Positions 1-12,704 of a DNA stretch of 64,000 bases are shown here, piece after piece. Made by a program: the position numbers and the translations under genes. Numbering within the stretch: position 1 is the first letter of the stretch; every line of letters begins with the position of its first letter. The DNA lies in NCBI RefSeq assembly GCF_018350175.1, contig NC_058368.1, forward strand, positions 23,438,001-23,502,000. Reading direction: 5' to 3'. This DNA comes from Felis catus (lineage: Eukaryota). The notes under the pieces were generated by a model that saw nothing but the letters and a program-made list of their open reading frames with translations, was not told the origin of the DNA and did not search any database.

Positions 1-381
1 TTTATCTTTCCTCTGCAGTTTTCTCTCCTAAAGGCTCTCCTCCTCCTCTTCCATGACCTTATGCATGCACAGTAGAGGCAGCATGTGAAATGGCTCGTAT
101 CTGTTTCTCCCACCAGATGTCAAGGTTGGTCTGCATTACCCTCTGTGTCTCCTGACATCACAGACACCAGCAGTTTGACATCCTAGAGAGAGGTGGTGTG
201 GGGCTAGTGGCTGGAAAATGTTTACACTTGGACAGAAAGAATCAGACCACCTTCTACCTTCCACACACAGTACCTGAAGGGCTTACTTTCGAGAACTTTC
301 CCAGATGCTGTTACATTGGATTCTCACAACAGTTCCCTCAACTAGTTCTATTATTATCTTAAAAGATCTTATGAGGTTTCT

Positions 382-546
382 GGGGTGCCTGGGTGGCTCA
401 GTTGGTTAAGTGTCCAACTTTGACTCAGGTCATGATTTCACGGTTTGTGAGTTCGAGCCCCACATCGGGCTCTGTGCTTACAGCTCAGAGCCTGAAGCCT
501 GCTTCAGATTCTGTGTCTCCCTCTCTCTGCCCCTCCCCCACTTGTG

Positions 547-584
<38 letters not shown>

Positions 585-638
585 ATGTCTATCTCTCTCT
601 CAAAAATAAATAAACATTAAAAAGAATAAAAATAAATA
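382..638 (+). mobile_element. CanSINE (SINEC family) with internal (TG)n expansion
   Basis: ggggtgcctgggtggctcagttggttaag tRNA-like head, CT-rich body, A-rich tail. Confidence 0.95.
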
Positions 639-846
639 GGGGTGCCTGGGTGGCTCAGTCGGTCAAGTGACCATCTTTAGCTCAGGTCATGATCTCACAG
701 TTCATGGGTTCGAGCCCTGTGTCGGGCTCTGTGCTGACAGCTCAGAGCCTGGAGTCTGCTTCAGATTCTCTGTCTCCCTCTCTCTCTGCCCCTCCCCCAC
801 TCATGCTCTTTCTCTGTCTTAAAAATAAATGTTAAAAAAATAAAAA
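639..846 (+). mobile_element. CanSINE directly behind the previous copy; the pair shares a 20-bp TSD
   Basis: Second ggggtgcctgggtggctcag head at 639. aaaagatcttatgaggtttc occurs at 361-380 and 843-862. Confidence 0.95.
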
Positions 847-1116
847 GATCTTATGAGGTTTCAAGCTTGCCCAAAGGGTAACACCAGGATTCAAATCCAG
901 ATCTTTTTATCTTAACTCCAATGCTTTTTCATTACACCACACTGCTCTACCTGTTACCATGTTCTTTCAAGAACTTTCCAGAACATTATAAAGAAGACTT
1001 TATAGAATATCCAACCATTAGCTTTGAGCCACCCAATAATTTAGAGCTGATAATAATAATAATATCAGCTAATAATTATTGAATGCTTACTATGTGCCAG
1101 GCACTGCACTGAAAAC

Positions 1117-1340
1117 TTTTTTTTTAATTTTTTTTTTCAACGTTTATTTATTTTTGGGACAGAGAGAGACAGAGCATGAACGGGGGAGGGGCAGAGAGAG
1201 AGGGAGACACAGAATCGGAAACAGGCTCCAGGCTCTGAGCCATCAGCCCAGAGCCTGACGCGGGGCTCAAACTCACGGACGGCGAGATCGTGACCTGGCT
1301 GAAGTCGGACGCTTAACCGACTGCGCCACCCAGACGCCCC
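1117..1340 (-). mobile_element. Young SINEC_Fc-type CanSINE
   Basis: Reverse complement reads ggggcgtctgggtggcgcagtcggttaagcgtccgacttcagccagg..., with CpGs largely intact. Confidence 0.95.
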
Positions 1341-1365
1341 TAATTTTTAAAAGTTTGTATTTATT

Positions 1366-1418
<53 letters not shown>

Positions 1419-1622
1419 GAGAGAGGGAGGGAGGGAGGGAGGGAGAGAATGAGAGAATGAGCACACAGGAGGGGCAGAGAGAGGGAGACAGAGAATCCTT
1501 AGCAGGCTCCACACTGGCAGTGCAGGACCTCATGCAGGGCTTGAGCTCATGAACCATGAGATCATGATCTGAGCCGAAATCAAGAGTTGGTCGCTTAACC
1601 AACTGAGTCACCCAAGTGCCCC
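1341..1622 (-). mobile_element. Older CanSINE with (GA)n expansion
   Basis: Ends cacccaagtgcccc. Diverged TSD tgcactgaaaacttt / tgtgctgagaacttt flanks the pair. Confidence 0.9.
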
Positions 1623-1679
1623 TGTGCTGAGAACTTTATGTGCATCAAATCTCATTTAAGTCTTAAAAACCCTATATAG

Positions 1680-1840
1680 CTTTTCTCCTCAAAATGTGGT
1701 CCGCAGATCAGTTGCATGGGCATTACTAGGAACCTGTGAGAAATTCAGCTTTTAGAACCTGCTTCAGATCCCCTGAATCAGAGCCTGCATTTTACTAAGA
1801 TGTAGGCCACTTGTGTGATCGTGGATGTCTGAGATGTTCC
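1680..1840. mobile_element. MER5A-like hAT-Charlie non-autonomous DNA transposon
   Basis: ctcaaaatgtggtccgcagatcag...ctgaatcagagcctgcattttactaagat matches the MER5A pattern. Confidence 0.65.
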
Positions 1841-3216
1841 ACTCCTAGGAACTGCCCTGGCCCATTTTATGGAGGAGAAAAATAAGGCTTGGGGAGATTT
1901 CAGGAACTTAGGTGTCCATTTAGCCAGTACGTTCAAACCAGGCTGCCTGCCTCCAAAGTCTTGCACATCACAAATGGCTACTTTCCATATCTGAGCCTTG
2001 GCCTGCATGCCTGTCACACGGGGATAAAGGTGCCTTAGGGTTTTGGTGTCATCTCATGAAATGCGAGGTAATCGTGCAAAGCAGCAGACTGAGCATCTTG
2101 CCCACAACTGAAGGACAGCTCAGTTTATTTTCTGTAAAATGGTGTTAATAATGCCCACCTTTCAACAGTCTGAGACTCTCTACCATAATGCCTGCAAAGA
2201 GCTTAGCCAGGGTTCAACAAATGGTGATTATATTTTATGTGTGTAATGATGAAAACTCATGAATAAGGACTAGATTCTAAGCAAGTGTTTCTTCATAAAT
2301 TTCCAGGCAAAGCATGATTTCTGCTTGTTTGGAAGGACAAGGACTCTCTTTCTGTGGCAACCCCCACTCCCTATTCCTATAGCAAGAAACCTAAAAGCGA
2401 AATAAGCGGGAAGGGAGACATTTTATCTCTCCAGAGGCCTCCGTCTTCTCCTGTGCGTATTTTTTCAATAGGGAGAAAGCTGGACATGGTCATGAGCAAA
2501 TGTCAATTTCTTCTTTTGTGGCAATATCTCCCTGCTATGGATGTGATTCTAACAGTATTTCAGCCTGTGAATGAATGCCACTTTTTTGTATTCCTGTGTC
2601 ACAGAGCCCTTTCCCTTTCTCACCAGACGAGACATCATGGGTCTTTCTGAAGTAGCTCGCGCCAGGAGGTCACACATGGGCTTGGTGGCCAGAGATCTGG
2701 CCATTTGAAAGTTCACTGTGTCACAGATGTGGTCTGACCTCTGGCTGATAGGCTGTCAGTCCCTCATTCCACTGGGAGCCTTCACGCCCTGCTTGTGGGT
2801 TGCAGTGGGAACATCTTTTTTGTGGAGTGACAGGTGCAATTCCTTTTTCACTCACTGCCTTGCATCGTGTTGCTTCTAAGTCTAGGCTTCTTTTCAGAGT
2901 CCCCATTTCCACGAGGTGGTGCAGGGCAGTGGCTTATGCACTCCAGTCTCTGGTGACTGACTGCATTCAAATCTTGGCTCTGCAGGTTACTTAACCTTTT
3001 TTTGTGCTTCATTTCCTTTGCTGGAAGGGAATAGTAAAAGTACCTACCTGCTTGCTAGGGTTGTGAGAGTTTAGACGGACTTAGAACAGTGCTTACTATA
3101 TAGGAAGTATTCAGTGATGGCTCTTGTTACCTTTGTTTTTCCCAGGAAATCTGTGACCCAGTCAGCATAGTTTTGTTTCCCACTTAACCGATGAGCACAT
3201 TAGGGTCACCCAAGCA

Positions 3217-3470
3217 TAGGTTCGTAATCCCTTGCATCCAAAAGCATTGAAACAAAGAGATTTTTAAAAAAGTAATTATTTGGTAGTAAAACTTGACCAG
3301 AACTGACATGTTGGTATCTATGATCTTTATCTTACCTAGTGTATATATTCATGTTTCACTGAAATAGTAGTGTGTTTGATTTTGGGTGTGGCTTTGTGCC
3401 CCTCTGAGGAGCTGATGAAACTTTCTGAACTTCAGATGGCTTGCCTGAAAAACAGGGTTTGTGATACGCT
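3217..3470. mobile_element. MER96B-like DNA transposon
   Basis: taggttcgtaatccctt start, aaaacttgaccagaactgacatg...gtgtgtttgatt body, and gggtttgtgata end resemble MER96B. Confidence 0.6.
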
Positions 3471-4289
3471 CGTCACTGGGTTGCTGGGGGATTAGATGCA
3501 GGAATGCTTATATATTGAGAAGACAGGCCATCCTGTTCCTCTTCTCCCAGACTAATTAGAGTCAAGACTTCTGGGAAGAATATAATAGGGCTCTTAGAAT
3601 GAGCCATTTAATGGAATCTCTTGAGAAAACTATTGAAAGGTACCATTAAGGTACATTAAGGCCCACTTCTTGATTCTGTAGGGTCTGGGGCAAGCAGGAA
3701 AAGAGCCAGACTCTATTCTGCCCACCAGTGTCTTACAGGGTCCAAAGGTCAGAGGGGCTGTATTGCTAATTATGATGCAGCAAGTGCAGATGTCAACTCT
3801 GAGCCAGGTTTTGATGCTACTTCCCATCACCCCAGCCTTGACCCCACCTGCGCTGACTGCACGTGACTGATCTCACAAGCCGCCCAGGCTCTGGGGGCTC
3901 CTCTGCCTCCTGTCTTCTCCTCCCTCCAGACACCAGGCACAATAGGTTGTCCTTCCGTTTGATGAACTCTCAATTCAATCCTGGATCTGTGACTTGACAT
4001 TCGTGGTCCTCTCTGCCTGGAACATGTCTCTTCCAGATTTTCCCTCATCATCTAAGTCCTAGGCAGGTCCATTGTCATCTCCTAAGAGAGAGGACCTGGC
4101 CACCCCTCCTAGCTAAATGACCCCTCTTGCTTCTCATAACTCTCTATCCTACAATCATGGTTTTCTCTCCCTTTTCTACTAATCATTTACCCATTATCTG
4201 GTAATGGTTATTTGATCTATTGGTATATGTATATATACCATATATATTTTATTATATTTTTAAATATTTTTTATTTTACTTTTATTATA

Positions 4290-4342
4290 CTTTATACTTC
4301 ATTTTATTTTATATATAGAGAAAGCACACAAGTGGGGGAGAG

Positions 4343-4389
<47 letters not shown>

Positions 4390-4511
4390 CCTAAGCAAAC
4401 TCCACACTCTGTTTGGAGCCCAGTGTGGGACTCAATCCCACGACCCTGAGATCATGACCTGAGCCAAAATCAAGAGTTGGATGCTCAACTGACTGAGCCA
4501 CCCAGGCACCC
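4290..4511 (-). mobile_element. CanSINE
   Basis: (GA)n body; ends ctgagccacccaggcaccc. Confidence 0.9.
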
Positions 4512-4532
4512 ATCATTTATATACATATATAT

Positions 4533-4736
4533 ATTTAAATGTTTATTTATTTAATTTGAGGGAGGGAGAGAAAGTGGGGGAAGGGCAGAGAGAGACAGAG
4601 AAAGAGAGAATCCCAAGCAGGCTCTGTGCTGTCAGCACAGAGCCCACTGTGGGGCTCTTTCCCATGAGCTGTGAGATCATGACCTGAGTGGAAATCAAGA
4701 GTCAGATGCTCAACCTACTGAGCTACCCAGGTGCCC
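4533..4736 (-). mobile_element. CanSINE
   Basis: gtttatttattt tail; ends gctacccaggtgccc. Confidence 0.9.
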
Positions 4737-5159
4737 TGTGATCCTTGGTTTACGTTTTTATTGTCTCTCTTCCTGCATAGAATGCAAGTTCTTTAGGTGT
4801 GGTGGTTTTGCCAGTCTTGTTGATTATTGTGTTCCCAGACTATAGAACTGTGCCTGGCACATACACTTATTGATAAATGAATAAATGAATGGGAAATCAC
4901 AAGGGAAACCCAGCCTGAAAGACCTTGTGTCCACTCTATACAGTGGCATCTTGAGGGGATTCCATCCTCTCCAGATTGTTTTGAGTAGCATGGATATCCT
5001 GCTGATATCATGGAAAGCAAACCATAGGATAGTATAGCCTGATTGATTGAAGCCTAAGGAAAAATATGAGGCAGAACATAATATCCTGTAGAGCATCTTG
5101 TCACAGTGGGGTTGGGGATAGAATACAGAATGGGTGCAGGATTTGGGGTGGTAGAGTGG

Positions 5160-5345
5160 TAGAGATTCAGCCACACTTGTAAAATGTTTCTTTTTAAGAA
5201 AAAGAATCTGAAGCAAATATAGCAAAATGTTAATATTTGATAAAGCTGAGTAGAGGATGCATGGATATTTGGAATAGGGTACTTTATAGTGTTATCATTG
5301 CTTGAAATATTTTATAATAAAACTTATGAAACACATAAACACTTT
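5160..5345 (+). mobile_element. Old L1M (L1MC/ME-like) 3' fragment
   Basis: gaagcaaatatagcaaaatgttaatatttgataaagctgagtag...ttgaaatattttataataaa. Confidence 0.55.
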
Positions 5346-5669
5346 AAAAACACATATTTTTATTAGGTAAGATCCAGGAAGTTATATTCCTCTCTGTGGA
5401 TAGGGGTAGTTTTATTGAGAGGTGAATGGAATTCATGGATGGAAACTTATAAAAATAAGTGATTGCAGAGAGAGGAAATCAGGACCCTCCAGGTAGAGCA
5501 ACCAGGTTAGAATCTGGGGGGAGCATCTATGAATGATCTTCTTGTGAAGGGCTGATTTTCTTGGGGACTTTTCCTCTAGACTCTGGGAATAGTTACAATT
5601 AATCTCTCCTTCTCCCAAGTTATAATTCCCTTTAAAAATTTGTTTAGTGAAGAAATTCATGTATGTACA

Positions 5670-7105
5670 GCCTGTTATGGCTTTCTGGGGATATGAAAGA
5701 CAGGGTGGTAAAGAGAAAAGGGAATCTTGTGCCCCATCTCCTTTGTATCTTAAAGAGGAAGCTTCATCCTATGGGTAGATAGAGTTGGGATTTCCATGTG
5801 TGGACATCAGGACTGTGAGTAATTGCCCAGGGGAAGCTGGGAGGGATGGGGTATGAATCCTTGATGCTGAAGACTGCTCCTGAGTGACCACTTAGAGCTG
5901 TGTAAAGCTGTATGCTTGTCTCCATGTGTTAATGAGACCTGGAATATGAGCAATAAAGGGAAGTGGGCACCTGTGTTGGATATGTATAATAGAACATGAT
6001 ATGGAATGTGAAGTTTTACATTCTAAAGACAAGGGAGAGACACATCTAGGGCAGTCTTACTAAGAGATGATGAATATGATCAGCAAGTAACAATCTGTTT
6101 CATCTGTTTTTGCTTATAAAAAAAGACATCTGAAAGGATTTTATTGAAAGAAATCCATATTAATGGAATTAATTCCATTAATTAACTTCCATATTAATGG
6201 AAAACTCTTTGGCTTTTATTCCGGGTTGTTCCAAACACTACGCACCGCCCCCCCCCCCCCCCCCCCCGCAACTCCTTTCCAAGAGGACCACTGTAGAGAC
6301 TAGCAGTCCTACAGAAGGGAGTGCTGGTCTCTCAATCCTGGCAGAGGCCTGGTGGGTAGTTTACTTTTGGAATGGGGCAGAGAGAGAGAGAGAGAGGTAT
6401 GGGAAACTTCACGTGTCCCTGGGATTGGAGAGTAAGATTGATGCCTGCCTCCTTCATAGAGAGTTATGAAGTGGGTAGGCTGTCTGGAACAGCCCTCAGA
6501 GGTAGAGAAGGGGGGCAGGGGAGCACTGCATCTGGGCCAATCTATAATGACGTTTGAGTTCCCATCACCATCACCAGTAGAGGTAAACAGGCTACCAGCC
6601 ATCTTGAAGGGATCTTCCCCCAAAAGGGCACCTGCAAGGGGAGGGAGACAGCAGCAATTAGAGGCCAAGGTTGGACTGCTGAGTATAGGAGATGGGAGGG
6701 TGGGTACTGGAAGAGGCTGTCCAGAGAGCCCAGGGCCCAGGTCAGAGAACCGGTCAGTGCCAAATTCAACACGTCTGTCAGGGAGGCTCTGAAGGATGGG
6801 CCCCTATATAACTTGAAGGCTTGATGTCTGGCTACAGTGATCTCAGGGGGATTTTCTGTAGTTTTCTCCCCTTCATCGTCCCCACCTCCCTGCCTCCCTG
6901 AGTGTGGAAGAGGGCAAAGATGGAAAGTGAAAGGTGGAAACGGTGTGAGAGACTAGATCATGTACCTATGGCATGTGTTTGGCCCATGGGCCAGAACTGA
7001 ATTAGGAAGCAAGGAAGAAATTGTAAATAAGATATGATATTGCTGTTTTTATATGATACTACTGAATTTTTTAATACCTGGAAGTGAGTCTTAAATTGCA
7101 TTAAA
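5670..7105. mobile_element. Possible ancient LTR-derived sequence, family not assigned
   Basis: G-rich, LTR-like composition with aataaa/attaaa near the ends of two blocks. Recognition is weak. Confidence 0.25.
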
Positions 7106-10100
7106 GTGGTGGGAACTGCCTGAGATGTTGTCTGGGGGGCACAGTAAGCTTTGATGTAGCATGCCAGTAACAGGAGAAAAATAGAGCCATTTCCTGGTTG
7201 TGCCTTATAGTAATCAGCTCATAAAATAAACCACAGAGAACTTGGTACAGTGCCTTGTGGATGGCAAATTCTTGGTAAATGCCAAAAGGCATTACTATGA
7301 CCATAATTTTTATCCTCCCCTGCAGAGCAAGTGAGTCAGGTCGAAATCACCAGTCTGCAGACTCAAGAGGACAGAGGGTAACTGAGGGAAGCAATGCCTC
7401 ACAACCAGTATAAAAATCCTGTAATCAAATCACACTTTAAAGTTCACCCTCAGATCTACTTGCCTGGAAAATGCCAAAGAAAGAAACAGGAAAGATGAAA
7501 TCTCTTAAATTTGTGTGGAATAAATGTGCTGTCCTTCCTAAGAAAGAGGGAGAATGTAGGCCCACCATGGGTGACATTTCCTAGATCTGTTCCAGGAAAG
7601 GTCTCTTGATTGAAGCTTTCAGAGCATTTCAGCATTGGGATGGGTGTACATTTTGGGTGTGGTTTTTATACAGTCTGTGGGCCGTGGGAGTTGCAAGGCA
7701 CAGATCCATTCTTGCTCCTCTGACTTTCATGTGAAATTAGCACAACTGTCTTTTTTCATACCAAGTCATGTCATTTCACCATGGCCTCACCCTAGATGCG
7801 GAGAAGAGCCTTAGGTATAAGTATTTACTTTGTGGAGAATCTGAAAGGATTACTATGCTAGTAAACACAGGTGAACACAGGGAAAGCATGGATGGTAGAA
7901 ATTTATGCTAATCCAAAAATGTCAATTGCTTTAATCCTTACCAACCATCTTTGAGACCCTAGGTTCTTCACAGACTAGTTTGAGTTTTATTTTTGTTTCT
8001 TGCTAATCTAATATTTGGTGATGATGGGAAGCACTGAGATGGAAAGAAAATAGGTAAAGTAATGGGGCAGGAGAGTCTAATCCATAAACTGGATTGAATA
8101 CTTAGGCGTTAGCTATAAATACTGTTTTGTAATTATCTGTCATCGTCTGGGTGATTTATACTGACACTCTGTGAATTATGAGAGGAGAGATGTCCCCTTA
8201 ACCTGTTTTGCCTCCTCTTTGGATTTGGCTCTGTTAATAATAAAGCTTAGAAAACTCAAGAAAATTATCACTGACTCAGAATCACAGAAGGTACCAGGGC
8301 ATTGGGTAGGTATAAATTTTAGGCAATCGAGGCGTCATTTGAAAGAAACCTTTGTTAGATCAGAGCATTTCCTGGAATAACACACTATTGAGATTAGCCA
8401 TGATTGATTCTGGGAATCTTGGGGTCACTTTCTCTACAATTGTTAGGAAAACAACCCACCCAAGAAATTGATATGGTTGAGCAGAACATGTATAGAACAG
8501 TTTAACCCATCCATCTCTTCCTGGGAAATAGCTTGTTTTTAAATCACAGGAGTACTTTGTTTTTTTGAGTGCTGACCCCACCTCTATTTTAGGTGACCTG
8601 AGAATAATATGACAAAAAAATTTCTTCAAATACATGAAAGAAGTTGACTCACTAATGTGACGACAGACACGTAAGGAAATAAAACCCTCTAAATTCAGTG
8701 ATTCTGTTATTCTGCCACAGCCCATGTACCTGCCTCTGCCTGTGTTAGCTCTCCACCCTCACTGAGACCTCCAAACTTTCCCTTCCCTGGTCTTTTCACT
8801 CGTTGGTTATACACTACCCTGCTCATTTCATTCGTCCTTTGGGTAGCTCCTTGTTAATTTACTTCATTTGTTATACAGCTCCCTGTGCATCTCAGTCACT
8901 TGACAAACACCTCCATTCAGTGCTGCTAGGCATATGCTGTGAGAGGGCCAGATGGATGGGAATAGAAAAAGTTATCAGGACAGAAGTGGCAGGTACCCTG
9001 TCCCTTGCAGCGAAGTCTGAACAAATGTGAAAAACCTTCAATCAAATCCAGGCTGGTGTTACTACCCAGAGAACTGGCCTGAATCACAAAAGGGCAAAGG
9101 CACTGGCATCTTGACTGATATTTGGGTCTGGCCTTCATGTGAGAAGAACCAGTAACTGGTTACAACTCCCAAGGAGACTGGTAAGAACTAGGCAAGTATG
9201 TGAGGTCGCCTAGCTCAGTGGTTAGAATTCAGGACGACTGTTCCAGTTCCTCCCTTCAGAATGTGGTAGGTGGCTGGAGGTGGGGTGGAGGTAGAGTTAG
9301 CAGAAAGCCTGGGCAGGAGGTTGTGGTTGAGGTGGGAAGATCCTATGGAATGGGAACAAAATACAACATCTGTGGCTACATTTAGGACCCCTCTACTCTA
9401 GATATTCAGACTTGAGATAGGAGATAACTGGGAAGTTCCTAATTTGATGCTAGCCTGGATTCCTCTTGCCCCATGGCCAAACCTCCAGATGACTGACCTA
9501 GTATATTTTCGGTTGCTTCTTGAGGGCAAGAGCTGCGACTTACCTATTCTCTTACACATCTCAGGACCTCTCACTATGCATTGAACATGGCCAACATGTC
9601 ACAGGTGACATCTGAATAAATACCAGAAAGGATATTTTAGACAGTGAGCTTCAATCTATAAGCCTTACCATTTATTTTTCCTATTTTTCCCAAGCTCTCA
9701 TATTTAATCCTTTATTGTAGACACCAACCAGTTTTAGATACTGATTTAGATTTTCAAGTCTTTGCACTGCTTTAAATGCCCTGTGCCTTTCTTTACTCTC
9801 TTCCCTGATCCAAAGTAAGAATTATGTTCTATCCATAACCTGGGCATGCAACTCCCATTGAATGCACAAAAGAGCGCTGTTACAATTTCTCTCCCTCCCC
9901 CGTTTTGTTGAGATATAATTGATATTAAACGTTGTGTAAGTTTAAGGTGCACATTTTAATGATTAGATATTACAAAAATGATTAGCACGATAAGGTTAGT
10001 CAACACATCCTAATCATTTTTCTCATTTCAATGGACTTTGTGGTCAGAAAGAGCTGCATTTGGACTCCAGCTGTATTGGTCAACAGCTGTGAGACTTTGG

Positions 10101-10684
10101 GAAAGTTATTCACCCTCTCTGCTCACCTATATATTGTGGATTACACAGCTATGCCTTAGCATTATTGTGAGGTGGTAATAAAGTCAAAAGTATAACCTAC
10201 CTAAGAGTGCTAATGAGTAGGCGTTAAATCCCCTTTCTCCCATGGACCATAGCAAGGCTCTACTTCAGTGGTTAGTTTCCCTCTCCATACATCTCTCCAA
10301 ACTACTCTTATAACTGCAATATTTATTTGTTTTTTTAAAAAAATAATGAACAAATTAACTCACCCATAATCATACAACTGGAGTTCAGTACAGCCAGGAT
10401 TTAAACTCTGTTCTTTCTAACTCATGTGCCCACATGCTCTTTCTTTTCTGTGCATTAGCAGGTTTCTAGCATCAAGTGTATTTTATTCTATTCTAACATT
10501 TTGAAAATTGAACCAAGTTTTAAAATTTCTGTATTTTCACAGAATCACACATGACGAGCAGAAAGCAGACATCAAAAAATGCTAACCTGCTGTGGTTGTA
10601 CTCAACTGATCCAATATCTCATTCTTCAACCAGCACAGAAATAGGTTCCCCTGAGTGTATGTCCCTACCTTTATCCATATACTC

Positions 10685-11110
10685 ATGTATGAGCATCTGA
10701 AAAATGATCATGTCAAATTCCTGGAACCTGTAAATGTTACTTTAGCTGAGAAAAGGTCCTTTGCAGATGTAATTAAAGATCTTGATATTAGGAGATCATT
10801 ATCCTAGATTACCCAGATGGGTCCTAAATCCAATTGCAAGACAAAGAGGGTTATTTGGGACAGATAGAAGAGAAGATACAGAAAAGTGAAGGAGACAGTG
10901 GGGCCACAGAGGCAGGTATTGGAATGATGGCCAAGGAATGCCTTGAACCATCAAAAGCAGGAAGAGGCAGGGAAAGATGCTCCTGCACAAACTTCCAAGA
11001 CACCTTGATGTCAGACCTCTGGCCTCCATAGCTGTGAAAGAATAAATTTCTGTTGTTTGATGTCACCAACATTGGAGTAATTTGTTACTACAAACTCGGA
11101 ATGAATATAC
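10685..11110 (+). mobile_element. MLT1 (ERVL-MaLR) solo LTR, MLT1B/C/D-like
   Basis: cctggaacctgtaaatgttac...tttgcagatgtaattaaag...aataaatttctgttgttt...taatttgttac. Confidence 0.8.
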
Positions 11111-12704
11111 CATGTATTTATATGCATAAGCTAAATAAAATGGTAAGAAATTACATTTCTTGAGTGCTTTCCCTCTCCTGTGATTCCTATCTCAGACATT
11201 TTCCCAAACTTTGAAGCAATGTTGTTAGCTTGGTTTCCTATCTTAACTATTAATGCTGTGTCTGCCTTTGCTGGTTGTGTAATTGTAGGGCCTTACAACC
11301 AATCTTAAATAGAAAAAGGTCAGGTGACATTAGGTGAAGTTTGGAGAGTCTGGGTCTTGGAGACCCAAGGTCAGTGTTTTGTCTTTAATCATTTGCTTAG
11401 AGGAAGACAGAAAGAAGAGGTCAGAATTTCCTTTGAATATGGAAAATACTAACTACGGAAATGGGTAAGGATGATTGTTTCATTACTTGGCAAATTGATT
11501 TTAGCTCACGAGCAACTGGTGTCCCTAGATCTGAAAACCATGCCAATGGGTAGTTTAACACATTCTTTGAGGAGATGTGACAACTGCCACAGTGAAGATC
11601 ATACATTGTTTTAAAATTTAATTCCTATAGGATAATATTGAGGTAAAAATTGCAGTGATCTCTTGACATCCAGAAGTGATAAAGTAACCAAAGGTTATTT
11701 GCAAGTGATTTGTAGTGAATAATTGCAGACCTAAGGTAGAAAATGAAATAGATTAAATCTTAAAGACTTGAGATAAGGACTCTAGTTCTGGAGCTAAGGT
11801 ACAAGATCTGTATCTTTACTAGATAGGAGAGAAAGGAGAATAAATAGCTTTCTGATAAAAGAAACTTGTCCATAGTGATGATTTCTCCAAAGACCTATTT
11901 TCTTTGTTAGAAAATCAAAGAGGAAAATTATATTGCAAGGTCGCAGAATTAATCTTTTTCTGAACAACAACAACAAAAATGCAATTAAAAAGACATAGAT
12001 TTATACCTGGAAATAAATCCGTTGAAAGTGATTGTGGTTGCTCTTTGAGTGTCAGCTGGCTGGGGACCGATACATGAATAAAAATTATTCCTGATTAAAA
12101 GATCTGTGGAAGTCGGGTTTGGTTTCATGTCAGAGTCCATTGGTCACTCAGAGGTGGCTGCACTCTGTTCTATAGGAAGGGCAAATCAATCAGAGTGAGA
12201 AAGAATTAGAAGCCGAGATGTTCCTAGTCATCCTGGTTTTATTCATCATGGTTTTATGAATTCTCAATTTTAACTCTCATAGCCATTATAAATTTTCATT
12301 TTTCTTGGCTATTACTGCGTCAGAGATGTCACACAGCTGTTTCTATGGCTCTGATCATCCACTCTCTCTTTTATTTTTATAAGTTCCTATCATCATCATG
12401 GTGCTTTGGATGACAGCTGACAGGTGAAAGAGATGGCACTTAGGGGGAACTTTCTCCAAGCTGTCAATATCCAGATATAATCTTCTGGGGAAATAATAAA
12501 AAAGAAATTTCATTTTTTGGAAATCAGCTACTTTAGCCATAAGGCATGCTTCTATTTGTCACATAATGTAAGAATTAAAAAAAAATACCAAGATAGAAAA
12601 CTAAAATTAAAAAAAGCCTTGAGTATATCTCTTGGAGTTCTTTACCACTATCACATCTAGGTTATCTGGGACTCTCTGGTCACAGTGTTTTTCACTCTAA
12701 GTAT

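Larger units (their letters stand above)
1050..1680. mobile_element. MIR fragment interrupted by the SINE pair at 1117-1622
   Basis: ttattgaatgcttactatgtgccaggcactg...atctcatttaagtcttaaaaaccctat resembles the MIR core. Confidence 0.65.
3910..4891 (+). mobile_element. L2 3' end interrupted by two CanSINEs
   Basis: ctctctgcctggaac...tagaatgcaagttc...gtgcctggcacata...aaatgaataaatgaatg is a typical L2 terminus. Confidence 0.7.
19..12500 (+). pseudogene. Candidate decayed multi-exon gene or spliced lncRNA P (3' part). Putative exons 19-124, 2307-2452, 3146-3219, 3682-3747, 7326-7377, 8593-8670, 10543-10656, 11401-11464, 12384-~12500
   Basis: Each segment lies in non-repeat DNA between a pyrimidine tract+AG and a GT donor (e.g. 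ctctattttag|...cac|GTAAGG; gtattttcacag|...|GTATGT; ttgcttag|...tgg|GTAAGG). AATAAA at 12495-12500. The concatenated frame has about 12 stops in about 270 codons, so there is no intact ORF and coding origin is unproven. Confidence 0.4.

Noticed and set aside
382..460. tRNA genes
   Set aside because: The tRNA-like A/B boxes are SINE heads that continue into SINE body and tail.
393..1611. ORFs such as MAQLVKCPTLTQVMIS... and ER/LS-repeat ORFs, recurring throughout the window
   Set aside because: They are translations of CanSINE bodies and microsatellites.
6248..6267. Poly-C runs (also 22206-22217 and 48192-48217) as functional G-quadruplex elements
   Set aside because: They are simple homopolymer expansions, mostly inside repeats, and their length may be unreliable in the assembly.
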